IMG/VR virus record: IMGVR_UViG_3300028844_001691
Span: 14,997 to 78,996 of that record
Strand: one strand, 5' to 3'
DNA from: a virus
DNA length: 64,000 bases
Made by a program: the position numbers and the translations under genes. Shown here piece by piece: positions 28,046-38,085 of this stretch (the stretch's first letter is position 1; every line of letters begins with the position of its first letter). Below the pieces are notes generated by a model. That model did no database searches. It was not told the DNA's origin and saw only the letters and a list, made by a program, of their open reading frames with translations.

Positions 28046-28693
28046 TCATGTGCCTTTGCGTCCTATGTGAAATACTCTTTTAACATTGGGCAGTCTCGGT
28101 ACACTTACACTAGTGTCTCTAGGTTGGTTATGAGGTAAATCTTCTCTTGCGTGTCCAATCCCTACCATAACTCCACTTATTTTAACTCCATGGAAACCAG
28201 TTATCATGTTAATGCTAGTATCAAAGTCACCGTTTGATTTATCAATTAATAGTTGTTGCATTACATCATTATCATAGCATTGAGTAGCACCTGCACTATA
28301 TCCTAGATCCACTGCCGCAGTAATAGTCCAAGCAACTGCTAGTCCATAACTAAAACTCACGTTTCTATTTATTGTGGATTTATTTTTTATATCATCACTT
28401 TCGATATAACGGTTGTTGTTTATGTGATTGCGAACATATTGTTCATCATGTGCAAACCATACAAGCATAGGAGCATTTAGTTGTCCTTGGTCATTGCTGA
28501 TTTGTTTACTTACATTGAACATAGCAGAGATCAGTTTTGGATCTATAGTATAGTAAACATCATACCATGGAATGTTTTGTTTAGTTAATGTACTACGAAC
28601 TCGTTCAGCAATCGCCTGTGCTTGTTCTTGAGTAATAGGTCGAGTTTGATCCCAGTTGCGTTGAGTTTTTGTTATAGTGTTCCAGTCAATCAT
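28046..28693 (-). CDS. nitroreductase-like protein
   Basis: TQRNWD, TKQNIPWY, QLNAPML, AVDLGYSAG, VGIG; TAAATA-N5-ATG. Confidence 0.7.
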   Translation of the reverse strand: MIDWNTITKTQRNWDQTRPITQEQAQAIAERVRSTLTKQNIPWYDVYYTIDPKLISAMFNVSKQISNDQGQLNAPMLVWFAHDEQYVRNHINNNRYIESDDIKNKSTINRNVSFSYGLAVAWTITAAVDLGYSAGATQCYDNDVMQQLLIDKSNGDFDTSINMITGFHGVKISGVMVGIGHAREDLPHNQPRDTSVSVPRLPNVKRVFHIGRKGT

Positions 28694-28732
28694 AGCAATA
28701 TTTAAATGCTCCCGTATGGTATTAATAAGATA

Positions 28733-30148
28733 CTATTTTAAATCGTCAAAGATATGAGTCATGTGTGGAAATGCTTGTGCAAAGTTTTGACCACGATGTT
28801 GTTCTAGTTTCTCAACCCATTCCTTCATCTCAGGTAATCGTTCACTCCAGTCTTCTGCATTCATAAAATTAACTATGTTTTCAAAACGTTTGACTCCATA
28901 TGTACTTGCTAACCAAGTGTCATAGTCTACGCCTGCTTGTTCAACTCCTGTAAACAACTTCCAGTTTGCTTTCATCCAAGGAATAAACTCTTCAGTATAC
29001 TTGCGTGTTACTTCTCGTTTAAAGTCCAGTGGTAATACTTTAACGTTTAGTTGTGGTGGCCAATAAGCAAAGTGCATATTAATACCGCCAGCACCCAGAG
29101 GCCATATGTTGATCTTTTTAAAGTTTTGTTCTAGTTTCCATTTAACAAACTCTGGAAGATAGTATATGTTCAATGCCATGATAGTAGTAGCAGTTGTTAC
29201 TTCTACATTAGGTCCTGTGTTGTCTAACAAATGAAACTGTTTCACTTGATGTTCCCAAACACTAGGGTAACGTATGTAATCATTTTGTATACCGTGTGCG
29301 TCTATGCTATAGTGAAACCTTACACGTTTAAACTTGTCCCATAGATCAAACAGTCGTTGTGGTAATTCAACTCCGTTACTGTTGTAACGCAATTCAATTT
29401 TGTGTGCGTATCCTCTGCGTACAACTTCTTCTAACAGTGTGTAGTGTTCTTCGATAACAGTACTTTCACCGCCTGCAAAGTATAACTGATACATATGTGG
29501 AATTTGTTCATACAACTCTTCCCAAAATTTTGGATTCTTCATGTGCCAATTGTATGTAGCACCATCTACTTGTCCTTTTTGATCCCACTGCATACTGTTC
29601 TTTAGTTTAGCATTCTCCAGTGTCGGATACATCTTCTTCCAGTCTTTAACCCAACCACTGCTATCATGAGGACTACACATAACACAACCCAGTTGGCATT
29701 TACTTCCCATGCGTAAATCAATGTACCTTATCTTAGGTGGAACACTGCCATCTTCCTGTGTTTCTCTTACTAGTTCGTCTAGGTCAAATCTGTTTCCCCA
29801 ATACTCTGTCTCCCACATACGTTTGCTGGCGTGACCGGCATCTTCTTCTTTGTAACACTTTAAACAACTGGCAGGCTTTTCACCTTTAAGCATTTGCAGT
29901 CTTACACTTCGCATATAACTATTGTTCCATGCGTCTTTTAAACCTGTGGTGTTAAAGTTAGCAGGCTTACCATCGTCGTTCTTTAGTACGCCAACTTCAC
30001 CGCCACCTACTTTTTTACTACTGTCTGCATCTTGTACTGCACTTGCATTGGCTGTACAACATACTCTCATATGTCCGTTAGGTCTACTGGATAAGTGCAT
30101 CCACGGTAAAGCACAAAATGTTTCTGAAGGGAGTTTCTTATTAGGCAT
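28733..30148 (-). CDS. N-terminal Twitch-domain radical SAM enzyme (type B)
   Basis: FCALPW, VCC, CLKC, CQLGCVMC, AGGES, YNSNG, YIRYP. Confidence 0.93.
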   Translation of the reverse strand: MPNKKLPSETFCALPWMHLSSRPNGHMRVCCTANASAVQDADSSKKVGGGEVGVLKNDDGKPANFNTTGLKDAWNNSYMRSVRLQMLKGEKPASCLKCYKEEDAGHASKRMWETEYWGNRFDLDELVRETQEDGSVPPKIRYIDLRMGSKCQLGCVMCSPHDSSGWVKDWKKMYPTLENAKLKNSMQWDQKGQVDGATYNWHMKNPKFWEELYEQIPHMYQLYFAGGESTVIEEHYTLLEEVVRRGYAHKIELRYNSNGVELPQRLFDLWDKFKRVRFHYSIDAHGIQNDYIRYPSVWEHQVKQFHLLDNTGPNVEVTTATTIMALNIYYLPEFVKWKLEQNFKKINIWPLGAGGINMHFAYWPPQLNVKVLPLDFKREVTRKYTEEFIPWMKANWKLFTGVEQAGVDYDTWLASTYGVKRFENIVNFMNAEDWSERLPEMKEWVEKLEQHRGQNFAQAFPHMTHIFDDLK

Positions 30149-31352
30149 TAATTTTCCTGTCTTGTGTATTTAGTTGTAGTTCGGGTATGTAGTTTTGTAT
30201 ATTGATTCCACGCACATGATCCATGTGTGAGCAATACTCAATTAATTTTGTTCTTGTTTCTTGATTAGTTCCTTGGTCAGCACTTTGTTGATAAAAACGT
30301 TTTATGTTTTCTAGTTTACTTGTTATATGTTCTGGCAGTTCTCTTAACACCATGTTTAATCTAAACAAGCCTAGTTCCAATTGACTTCTTGTTAATCCAT
30401 TTACTCGTAACTGTCTAGGTTGATGTAAAGGTTCAACATGAAAGTCGAAACTTGGAAACTCTTTGTGCATCTTTAATAATGCATTTGGAAAGTCTAAATA
30501 GTTTAAACTCATTATACACATTATTAGACTGCTGTCAACACTTTTATTTTCTTGTGCATATGTATGAAACTTTTTTAAGTTAGGTAGTATACTATTCCAT
30601 TGTGCAGGATAACGTATGTAATCATTTACAGTTCCCCATCCTTCTATACTATGTCCTATGCTAACTCTATTAACACGTTGCAGATAGTTGTCAAATTTAG
30701 TAATATCAAATGTGTTGTTAATGTTTAATACCAATTGACTGTTTGGACTTTCACCTTCTGCTACTTCTTTAAGTATTTGTTCTAGTTCGGGCATAACACT
30801 AGTCTCACCGCCATTAATTTTATAACGCCATACACGTTTGTATATGTCTTGAAACTTGTAACTGTTGTCTGGATACCAACCACCAATTACGATTGGTCCT
30901 TTATAGTCTCTGTGCTTTTTACTTTCTAATGCAAACTGACTACTGCGATTGTTATTACACATAACACATTTACTATTACAAAAGTTACTAGGCTTTACAT
31001 CTAAATAATTAACTTCGTCGATGTCACCATGTGTAGTTTCTTTTCCTGTAAATGCAGTACCAAACTTTTTTTCGTACTTGGCAATTTCACTTAAACGTTT
31101 ACTAGTAAATCCTTGGCGTTCTCTTTTGTAACATATGCGTTCACAATGTTCATTACTTTCACCATCGAGCATTTGTTGTCTTAATCTTTTGAACTGTGGC
31201 TTGTTGTATGCTTCACTTAAACTTTCTTGTACTCCCATGGGACTATCGAATTTGGTTATCTCACAACATGGACTTAAACTTCCATTAGTGTTAACGCAAA
31301 TATGTTTCCATAACAGTGGACAACGTTTGTGATCTTTATGGGTAGTTTGCAT
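30141..31352 (-). CDS. N-terminal Twitch-domain radical SAM enzyme (type B)
   Basis: CPLLW, PCC, CERIC, CNSKCVMC, NGGET, YIRYP. Confidence 0.92.
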   Translation of the reverse strand: MQTTHKDHKRCPLLWKHICVNTNGSLSPCCEITKFDSPMGVQESLSEAYNKPQFKRLRQQMLDGESNEHCERICYKRERQGFTSKRLSEIAKYEKKFGTAFTGKETTHGDIDEVNYLDVKPSNFCNSKCVMCNNNRSSQFALESKKHRDYKGPIVIGGWYPDNSYKFQDIYKRVWRYKINGGETSVMPELEQILKEVAEGESPNSQLVLNINNTFDITKFDNYLQRVNRVSIGHSIEGWGTVNDYIRYPAQWNSILPNLKKFHTYAQENKSVDSSLIMCIMSLNYLDFPNALLKMHKEFPSFDFHVEPLHQPRQLRVNGLTRSQLELGLFRLNMVLRELPEHITSKLENIKRFYQQSADQGTNQETRTKLIEYCSHMDHVRGINIQNYIPELQLNTQDRKINA

Positions 31353-32244
31353 AATCCCTTTTCGCCATATATGTAATTCGTAATCCGGCTTTAGTTTTGA
31401 ATTGAGGTTTAGTACCTAATGTACTACTGTGTATTTGTGCAGTGTCAAAAACGTGTAAGTCTCCAGGAGTCCAGTCGTAACTATGTTCAACTGACAATCC
31501 ATGATACCTGTCAATAGTACTTGGTGCTTTATCTAATTCATAACGCAAGAAGTCATCATACAACATTCTAGTCTTTTCTCTGTCAATGGTTGTTGGTCCA
31601 TCTAATGTATATACATTTTTAATTTGTGTATAATCTGTGTAACTGTTGTAATGTGTTGTGCTAATAAACGGTCCATAGTCAAGTGTGCAACCTGTGTCAA
31701 CTACTCGTTGATCATAGTATATCATTTTACATTTACTCTTACCTGGATTAATATACAAAGGTATTAACATACTTTTATATGTTATTAGGTCACTGTCCCA
31801 ATGATCATCAGGTGCTGGCATATCAGTGTGTACACCGTATTGATGTGGAGTATGAAAGAAGTTACCGCCTGATGTGAAAACTTTATCCCAATCCCAACTA
31901 GTATCTTTTAATACATCTTCAGTCCATGGTCTAATAAAATCTTTTACTAACTGTCTAAAGTTACCACTAAAGAATAAGTTTCCAGTTTTACTTACTCTCC
32001 ACGAACCAGTATCTCTAAACATAAACTCGCAAAGTGTTTTAATTTTATCTTCGTCAAATACATTTTGATGTACTACACTTTCTTCCATATAGTTTTCAAT
32101 GTATTGTTTTTTAAAACCGTCATTGAATATCATACCTGCTTTGTCTTCTGATCCTGATTTGTCTTCTGATTCTGAACGCACACCTTGTTTAACATATTTA
32201 AATGTACCCAACTCCATCTCTGCATTATTCTTTTCATCTATCAT
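31336..32244 (-). CDS. 2OG-Fe(II) oxygenase-like protein
   Basis: HTD...WTPGDLHVFD...IHSS...K pattern. Confidence 0.6.
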   Translation of the reverse strand: MIDEKNNAEMELGTFKYVKQGVRSESEDKSGSEDKAGMIFNDGFKKQYIENYMEESVVHQNVFDEDKIKTLCEFMFRDTGSWRVSKTGNLFFSGNFRQLVKDFIRPWTEDVLKDTSWDWDKVFTSGGNFFHTPHQYGVHTDMPAPDDHWDSDLITYKSMLIPLYINPGKSKCKMIYYDQRVVDTGCTLDYGPFISTTHYNSYTDYTQIKNVYTLDGPTTIDREKTRMLYDDFLRYELDKAPSTIDRYHGLSVEHSYDWTPGDLHVFDTAQIHSSTLGTKPQFKTKAGLRITYMAKRDYANYP

Positions 32245-33326
32245 TTAAATTGTTCTCCAAATGGATCAAACTCTGATCCGCATTTCATTGAGCAAACTTT
32301 AAGTTTACCATCATTGCAACTTGGCTTATTCCAACTGTTAGCAATGTCTTCGAATATTCCTGTAGCAAACACTTTGTCCAATCCGTGCCTGGCATCAACT
32401 TTATCTTTGCCACCTGCACGTTCAATGAAGTCCCATATAGGTTCTTCTTTCTTTGGATCTTTATGCCACCATTTGTACATACGTCCGGCTGTCCAGCAAC
32501 AAGGAAGTGCAAGTCCTTCAGCACTAATATAGAGACTTTTAGTAGTTGCATTAGAAACTTTACATTTTATTTGAGCCGTATCGTAATACGAATCCATACT
32601 ACCGTGTCTTTTGACTAGTTCGTCTTGTTGTTGTAATGCTTTGTTTAAGTATTTATTATCTGGTTTTTTAAGTTTAGTACTGTCCTGTCCTTTGCGATTC
32701 TTTGCTTGGTGCGTTTCTTTCTTATCAGTAGTTGCAGTTACAAATCGTCCTGTCTTTTTACTAACAAAACTTTCAAAGCCAATACTCTCTGCTAAGGCCC
32801 GTGCTTCGTCTACTTGATGTTGGTTGTGTTCAAATATTAAAAAGTCCCAACGTGCTTTACCGCCTGCATTAACAAAACTTCTCATACTGCGTTCAACTAT
32901 ACTCCAGTTAACACCTTGTCTATATAAATGGTTTGTATCTTCTAATCCGTCTACACTGAAGATAACGTGACCGTTCTTTCCAAATACATTTGCTAGTTCA
33001 ATCCACCATTCTTCTTTTTGTGCACCTGCGTTGGTATTCATACTTAACCAAATGTCTGGATTGTGTTCTCTAAAGTAACGGAACACTTCTAATGTATCGG
33101 TAGCAACAATAGGATCACCTAAGTTACCACACATAAACATCGACTTTAATTGTTTAACAAAGTCGACGTTAAATATCTTTTTGCAATCTTCTAATGTAAG
33201 TTCATCTAAATTAATATGTGGATTAATTCCTTCTCCATTCATATTTCTATCACACATAGGACAAGCCGCTTGACACTTCTGTGTAATTTCTAAATGGATT
33301 GTGTCGATGTCTGTTATATTATACAT
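32241..33326 (-). CDS. radical SAM enzyme with C-terminal SPASM-like domain (type A)
   Basis: CQAACPMCDR, GNLGDP, FSVDGLEDTNHLYR, PCCW...VCSMKCG. Confidence 0.93.
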   Translation of the reverse strand: MYNITDIDTIHLEITQKCQAACPMCDRNMNGEGINPHINLDELTLEDCKKIFNVDFVKQLKSMFMCGNLGDPIVATDTLEVFRYFREHNPDIWLSMNTNAGAQKEEWWIELANVFGKNGHVIFSVDGLEDTNHLYRQGVNWSIVERSMRSFVNAGGKARWDFLIFEHNQHQVDEARALAESIGFESFVSKKTGRFVTATTDKKETHQAKNRKGQDSTKLKKPDNKYLNKALQQQDELVKRHGSMDSYYDTAQIKCKVSNATTKSLYISAEGLALPCCWTAGRMYKWWHKDPKKEEPIWDFIERAGGKDKVDARHGLDKVFATGIFEDIANSWNKPSCNDGKLKVCSMKCGSEFDPFGEQFK

Positions 33327-33729
33327 TACTAATTCTGTTTCTTAAATCCGTTGTACTAAATCTGTGATCTCTTTTATTAAAGTAAAGTTCAATGTCTCTG
33401 CGTTTACAAGTATCTTTTCCTGTAAAGTCTTTATCTCTATACTCTTCTCCAAGTATTCTAACATTGATGTTTAACGTTTGCAGAATATCTTCTAAGTCTT
33501 GTTCTGTTTGATATGGAATAACTTCATCTACATATTCAACTGCTTTTAGTTGTAAGTATCTTTCAAACATTGTTTGTACTGGTTTGTTTTTTGTATCTGG
33601 TCTATCGATAGTTGGATCACTATGGAATCCTAATATTAAATAATCACATTGATTTTTAGCATCACGAAGCATAGCAACGTGCCCGGCGTGTAATAAATCA
33701 AACGTACTAAATGTTATTCCTACTTTCAT
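33319..33729 (-). CDS. cytidylyltransferase (TagD/glycerol-3-phosphate CT-like)
   Basis: TFDLLHAGH (HxGH), KPVQ...ER, FSTT; start MKVGITF at 33729. Confidence 0.9.
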   Translation of the reverse strand: MKVGITFSTFDLLHAGHVAMLRDAKNQCDYLILGFHSDPTIDRPDTKNKPVQTMFERYLQLKAVEYVDEVIPYQTEQDLEDILQTLNINVRILGEEYRDKDFTGKDTCKRRDIELYFNKRDHRFSTTDLRNRISNV

Positions 33730-33890
33730 AATATCGATTTCCTTCTGCATTCTTCATATACTCTCCAAGTCCACCATGTACTAATCACTATAGGTAAACC
33801 TGACCAACTACCATGCATCCACATCATTATTCCTGTGTGCAATAATTTACTGTGCCAGTAAATACTCAAGTAGTCGTACCATTTAAACAT
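33726..33890 (-). CDS. 54-aa Trp-rich small protein (not in ORF track)
   Basis: MFKWYDYLSIYWHSKLLHTGIMMWMHGSWSGLPIVISTWWTWRVYEECRRKSIL; TAATG and ATGA coupling on both sides. Confidence 0.7.
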   Translation of the reverse strand: MFKWYDYLSIYWHSKLLHTGIMMWMHGSWSGLPIVISTWWTWRVYEECRRKSIL

Positions 33891-34231
33891 TAATGGTTTC
33901 TCTTTCCGTCAAACACACATACAAAATAACATCCGTCGTTACCTGCATGGACTCTGTGAAAGTGTCCGTCTTCAATTAATATAACATCTCCCGGAGCAAC
34001 AGTGTGTTCTGTCTTTACTCCGTTAGTGTTTATTAGTTCCATTGTTCCAGAACCACTTATAAAATTGTATACTTCTTCTTGTCCTACATGAGCATGACCC
34101 GTAGTACTTTTATTGGGTTTTAAATCTGTACTGCTAACAACAAGATTGTTTAGTGTCTTGTTATCTTTAAGTAAGTAAGTGTCATTGTCTTTAATTACTT
34201 CGCCACCTATGTCTGTTACATTTAATTTCAT
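33890..34231 (-). CDS. cupin domain protein
   Basis: HAH...EEVY...GSG...PGD...FHRV. Confidence 0.85.
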   Translation of the reverse strand: MKLNVTDIGGEVIKDNDTYLLKDNKTLNNLVVSSTDLKPNKSTTGHAHVGQEEVYNFISGSGTMELINTNGVKTEHTVAPGDVILIEDGHFHRVHAGNDGCYFVCVFDGKRNH

Positions 34232-34968
34232 TGCTTAACCTTATCATTATATTCAACTGCACTTCTAAGAATACTAAAGTCTAATCCTTGTTGATGAGCA
34301 GTTTTAATTATTGCAGTTGTATCTTTAGGAAAGCAATGTCCACCAAATCCTCTATCGGCTGTTACTTTACTGTGTCCTATTCCGATACGCTCGTCATCTG
34401 TAACAAACTTTCTCACTACTTCAAAGTTAATACCCAGTGCTTGACAAAGATCAAACACTTGATTAAAATAACTAACTTTGGTTGCAAGGAAACTGTTACG
34501 CATATATTTTGTTACAATTAATTCTTGTACTGTTCCTGTTTTAAATTGTAAGTCTGGCTTTAGTGGATAAAACAGGTTAATCCAAAAAATAGAATTCTCA
34601 TCACTTATATACATTGTCTTTTGTGATGCAAAGTCTTGTACTGCCGTTTCAGCTCTTAGAAACTCTGGACTAAATGATATTTGTTTATTAGGATACTGAT
34701 CCTTAATTACTTGCCACCCTTCTATACTAATCGTGCTTTTAATTAATACAGGAACATCTGGCGAATCACTTAATACATCTAATACATTGTTAACATTACA
34801 ACTACCATCTCTGTGTTCTGGTGTGCTAACACAAATAATTAAAGCATCACAATCATTGATTGTATTTTTGTTTACTGCTGGGTCTACTATATGAGTTGAA
34901 TGATTATGTTTTAAAAACATATCCATTGCCTTACCTACATATCCATATCCTGCTATTGTTATTTTCAT
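34228..34968 (-). CDS. UDP-glucose/GDP-mannose dehydrogenase family, short form lacking the C-terminal domain
   Basis: GYGYVG, IKST, SPEFL, GFGGHCFPKD. Confidence 0.9.
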   Translation of the reverse strand: MKITIAGYGYVGKAMDMFLKHNHSTHIVDPAVNKNTINDCDALIICVSTPEHRDGSCNVNNVLDVLSDSPDVPVLIKSTISIEGWQVIKDQYPNKQISFSPEFLRAETAVQDFASQKTMYISDENSIFWINLFYPLKPDLQFKTGTVQELIVTKYMRNSFLATKVSYFNQVFDLCQALGINFEVVRKFVTDDERIGIGHSKVTADRGFGGHCFPKDTTAIIKTAHQQGLDFSILRSAVEYNDKVKQ

Positions 34969-35192
34969 TTTGCTATCCAATATATCCAAACCAACATAGG
35001 TATAATAATAAAGAACTGTGGAAGGAAGTTAAGTATAAGAGCCTTCTCTTTCCATTTATAGCCTACATATATCCAGCCACTTGCTCCTATCATTTGTAGT
35101 ATACTGTTCCAAGGTGTAATACCTGCAACATGAAACACCATTGCTAATAAGATAAAACAAGCACTTGTATATTTTATTATTCTAACTAACAT
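34965..35192 (-). CDS. small membrane protein
   Basis: Three hydrophobic segments; W.YVG..W motif; resembles 55391-55633. Confidence 0.7.
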   Translation of the reverse strand: MLVRIIKYTSACFILLAMVFHVAGITPWNSILQMIGASGWIYVGYKWKEKALILNFLPQFFIIIPMLVWIYWIAK

Positions 35193-35404
35193 ATTAATTT
35201 AACTTCTACTCCTGGACCAACTTTACTAGGCAAGTCTCCGTGTTGTTCTACATACCAATTGATAACTGCTTTATACCAGTTATGACTATTATGGTGTGCT
35301 TGTTTATTGAACTGATGAATGTTAACACTTGTTGCATCCATAGTTGCCAATGCCCTTGCACTTTCTAATTGCAGTTCTCTAATCGATAAACTATCTAATT
35401 CCAT
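35186..35404 (-). CDS. hypothetical protein
   Basis: Short ORF coupled within the operon; C-terminal GDLPSKVGPG. Confidence 0.65.
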   Translation of the reverse strand: MELDSLSIRELQLESARALATMDATSVNIHQFNKQAHHNSHNWYKAVINWYVEQHGDLPSKVGPGVEVKLIC

Positions 35405-36573
35405 ATTTCTTCTGCCCACGGATACATATCTAAAAATTTAGTATTACATTTATAATCCCAAATGTCAAGTGCATAATGTTTGAAAGTTTTTTTATCTTGT
35501 TCTGACATTGGTTTATATTCGTGTATACTTTTTTCTATAAAACTCTCCCAATTATATTTTTCAGATTTACTTCTTCTATACATTAAAAAATCTTTTTTAA
35601 TAGCATTCAATTTTTTTATAGTATGTTCTCTTTTATATATAGGTATATGTCTAAAATTTTGAAAAGACGGAGTTAGGATTTCATTAAATGCTATATACAT
35701 TCGTTGATCAAATTGTTCAAATTGTAATGTCCATTCTAAAAACTTATCTATAGTAAGAGTATTTAAAATACCAACACATGGAACAAGTGTTACTATTAGA
35801 TTTCTTGTTTTATAGTTAAGTAATGTTTTAAAGTTCTTTTCTATAGTTTCCCATTTTGCAGGATATCGCTGATATTCAAATTCTTCTCCTACACCATCTA
35901 TACTACAGTTTATAACTACACGTTCAAATTTTTGTAGTTTTTCTATTACTTTAGGTTTAATGGCTGTAACATTTGTTATAAAATCAAGATGTATATTAGT
36001 TTTATTTTCGTTTATTAATCCGTCTATAAATTTTTCTACCTCAGGCATTATAAATGGTTCACCACCTGCAAAACGTATATGTTTTAAGTTTGGACTTTTT
36101 AAAACTAAATTAAGCATATGTTCTACAGGATACGAATCGGGAACAGAGTGTCTTGAAATTGTATCTATACCTTTTTCTTTTTCTAATTCTAATCCATAAT
36201 TAATCCATTGATCACTATTGTAAGTCCCACACATCTTACACTTCAAATTGCATTTGTTTGTTAAACGTAAATCTAAAAAAGATACAGTAGTATCAGACGG
36301 TTTCGAATGTTTTTGCCTTTTACTAATATTTCCAATATCTTCATAGTACCAACAAGTTTTACAAGCAGGGTGTCTTATTCCGTTGTTAAGTGCATCTCTA
36401 ATTTCAGATAACGAAGAGTTAGATTTATAAAATTGTTCTATATTGTCAATAGTACTCCAGTCAAGAGAACTAAAAAACTTTCTATCTTGTATACAACATT
36501 GAGAGACTTTTCCGTCTATAGAACAAAAAAGTCCGTTGTTTGCAAGTGAGCAATATGTATTATCTAATTCCAA
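35395..36573 (-). CDS. N-terminal Twitch-domain radical SAM enzyme (type B)
   Basis: YCSLA, QCC, CKTC, CNLKCKMC, AGGEP, ITN, YQRYP. Confidence 0.92.
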   Translation of the reverse strand: MELDNTYCSLANNGLFCSIDGKVSQCCIQDRKFFSSLDWSTIDNIEQFYKSNSSLSEIRDALNNGIRHPACKTCWYYEDIGNISKRQKHSKPSDTTVSFLDLRLTNKCNLKCKMCGTYNSDQWINYGLELEKEKGIDTISRHSVPDSYPVEHMLNLVLKSPNLKHIRFAGGEPFIMPEVEKFIDGLINENKTNIHLDFITNVTAIKPKVIEKLQKFERVVINCSIDGVGEEFEYQRYPAKWETIEKNFKTLLNYKTRNLIVTLVPCVGILNTLTIDKFLEWTLQFEQFDQRMYIAFNEILTPSFQNFRHIPIYKREHTIKKLNAIKKDFLMYRRSKSEKYNWESFIEKSIHEYKPMSEQDKKTFKHYALDIWDYKCNTKFLDMYPWAEEIWN

Positions 36574-37426
36574 TTCTCATATACCTTGTGTATTTGCCTA
36601 AGTCTAATTCACCTTCGTATAAAACTGTAGACATTGGCGTTTGTTCTGCAAACTCTTTTACACTGTTAACGCAATTAACGTGTTCAGGTAATTCACTGTA
36701 ATTATTATTTTGCAATACAAGTAACTTGTCTTTAGGCATTTTTGCATACCACTCACTAAAGTTTTCTATATGCTCACAACTAGTATTAATAATAGTATCA
36801 GGCTCTTCTGTTACAGCATGACTCATTCTATCGTTTGCAGTACTCCAGCAACTCCAAGTATGTCCACTGTAGTCGATGTTATGCATATCTTCTGTAATTG
36901 CTTTAAACTGCCATCCTTGTTGTACCCAATGTGCATTTACTGAGTCTGCAATTTTTTCGCATTCAGGATTAATATCAAAACTTCTAATATTATAAATTTT
37001 CAATCTGTGAGGCCACTGTCTAGGTGAGCCGGCTCTGTCCGCCAACGTTTTGCCATAACCAGTTTTTAAGTTGTCATCTCCTTGGTAAGCCTTTCTTGTT
37101 CCTCTGTGTGTTAACATAGATGCTAGTATACCATACCAACCGCCTAATATAAAAACGTTTCCTAAAAGCAATCCTGCTTTTGATCCATATACAACAGGTA
37201 AGTCATCACTTCTATCTTTAACCCATAGTTCATTATTAATATCAGTTAGTACTTGTACAATCCATTGTTTGCTTTTTAATTGTCCAATACTCATAGCATC
37301 GTTAAAGTCGACATCCATATTATTCATTGTATTACTAATATCTTTGAATAAAGGATCGCTTGTTAACATATACATACGAGCAAATAAATCTTTATCGTCT
37401 TTTACTTTTAATTGTTCTTTACTCAT
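36560..37426 (-). CDS. class I SAM-dependent methyltransferase-like protein
   Basis: VFILGGWYG, SFDINP, IINTSCEH. Confidence 0.65.
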   Translation of the reverse strand: MSKEQLKVKDDKDLFARMYMLTSDPLFKDISNTMNNMDVDFNDAMSIGQLKSKQWIVQVLTDINNELWVKDRSDDLPVVYGSKAGLLLGNVFILGGWYGILASMLTHRGTRKAYQGDDNLKTGYGKTLADRAGSPRQWPHRLKIYNIRSFDINPECEKIADSVNAHWVQQGWQFKAITEDMHNIDYSGHTWSCWSTANDRMSHAVTEEPDTIINTSCEHIENFSEWYAKMPKDKLLVLQNNNYSELPEHVNCVNSVKEFAEQTPMSTVLYEGELDLGKYTRYMRIGIR

Positions 37427-38085
37427 TTTTTAAACCTTTCTTTTAACCAGTTCCAATTATTAATATTTGTATAATCTTGTTCGTACTTGCCGTACTCTGC
37501 ACCTGCTATTGCACCTGCAATACTATAATCTCCAAAGTCTCCGTTGCCAACTGTGGTCCATACTTTTAATCTAGCATCATCTTCTTCGTTCTTTTGTCCA
37601 GGTATAATCTTACTAGTGAGTTTAGTACATTCTCTAAATGCCGCTTTCCAAGTATTAAAAGGATCAGTATCATAATGCACTGTACTTCCTATTACTGGAT
37701 ACGGAACAAACTTTGTACTAATTGCAGTTGTAAAGTCTACAACTGTTTCAACGTCAACGTCTAAGACTTTTTGTGTAGGGAATAGTTTTATTCCACTGTA
37801 TCCATATACCAAGTCATTAACACTGTTACGAGCTCGGTATACATATACTGCATCCTTGCCGTACTTGTCTGGCTTCATAGATGGGTCAAAGTCTTCTGCT
37901 ATTAAGTTGTCGCCTTCTATAACATAATACATTTCAGTACGAGCCATTTTTGCACAGGCTTGATGTGCATTTGGTAAGCCTTGTACTCCATGACTACGCC
38001 TTGCCCATGGAAACTTTTTCTTTACAATGTCCCAATGCTTATCAGCATTAGGCTCTTCATAACTCATAAAAATAATATCAAACAT
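37423..38085 (-). CDS. putative glycosyltransferase (GT-A-like; paralog of 56229-57164)
   Basis: SYEEPN, AH, EGD (DxD-like), YGYSGIKLFP, AFRE. Confidence 0.55.
   Translation of the reverse strand: MFDIIFMSYEEPNADKHWDIVKKKFPWARRSHGVQGLPNAHQACAKMARTEMYYVIEGDNLIAEDFDPSMKPDKYGKDAVYVYRARNSVNDLVYGYSGIKLFPTQKVLDVDVETVVDFTTAISTKFVPYPVIGSTVHYDTDPFNTWKAAFRECTKLTSKIIPGQKNEEDDARLKVWTTVGNGDFGDYSIAGAIAGAEYGKYEQDYTNINNWNWLKERFKK

Noticed and set aside
27668-28138. 156-aa + strand ORF from the track
   Set aside because: TTG start without RBS; it overlaps the nitroreductase-like gene and two better-supported small ORFs, and runs through low-complexity tracts.
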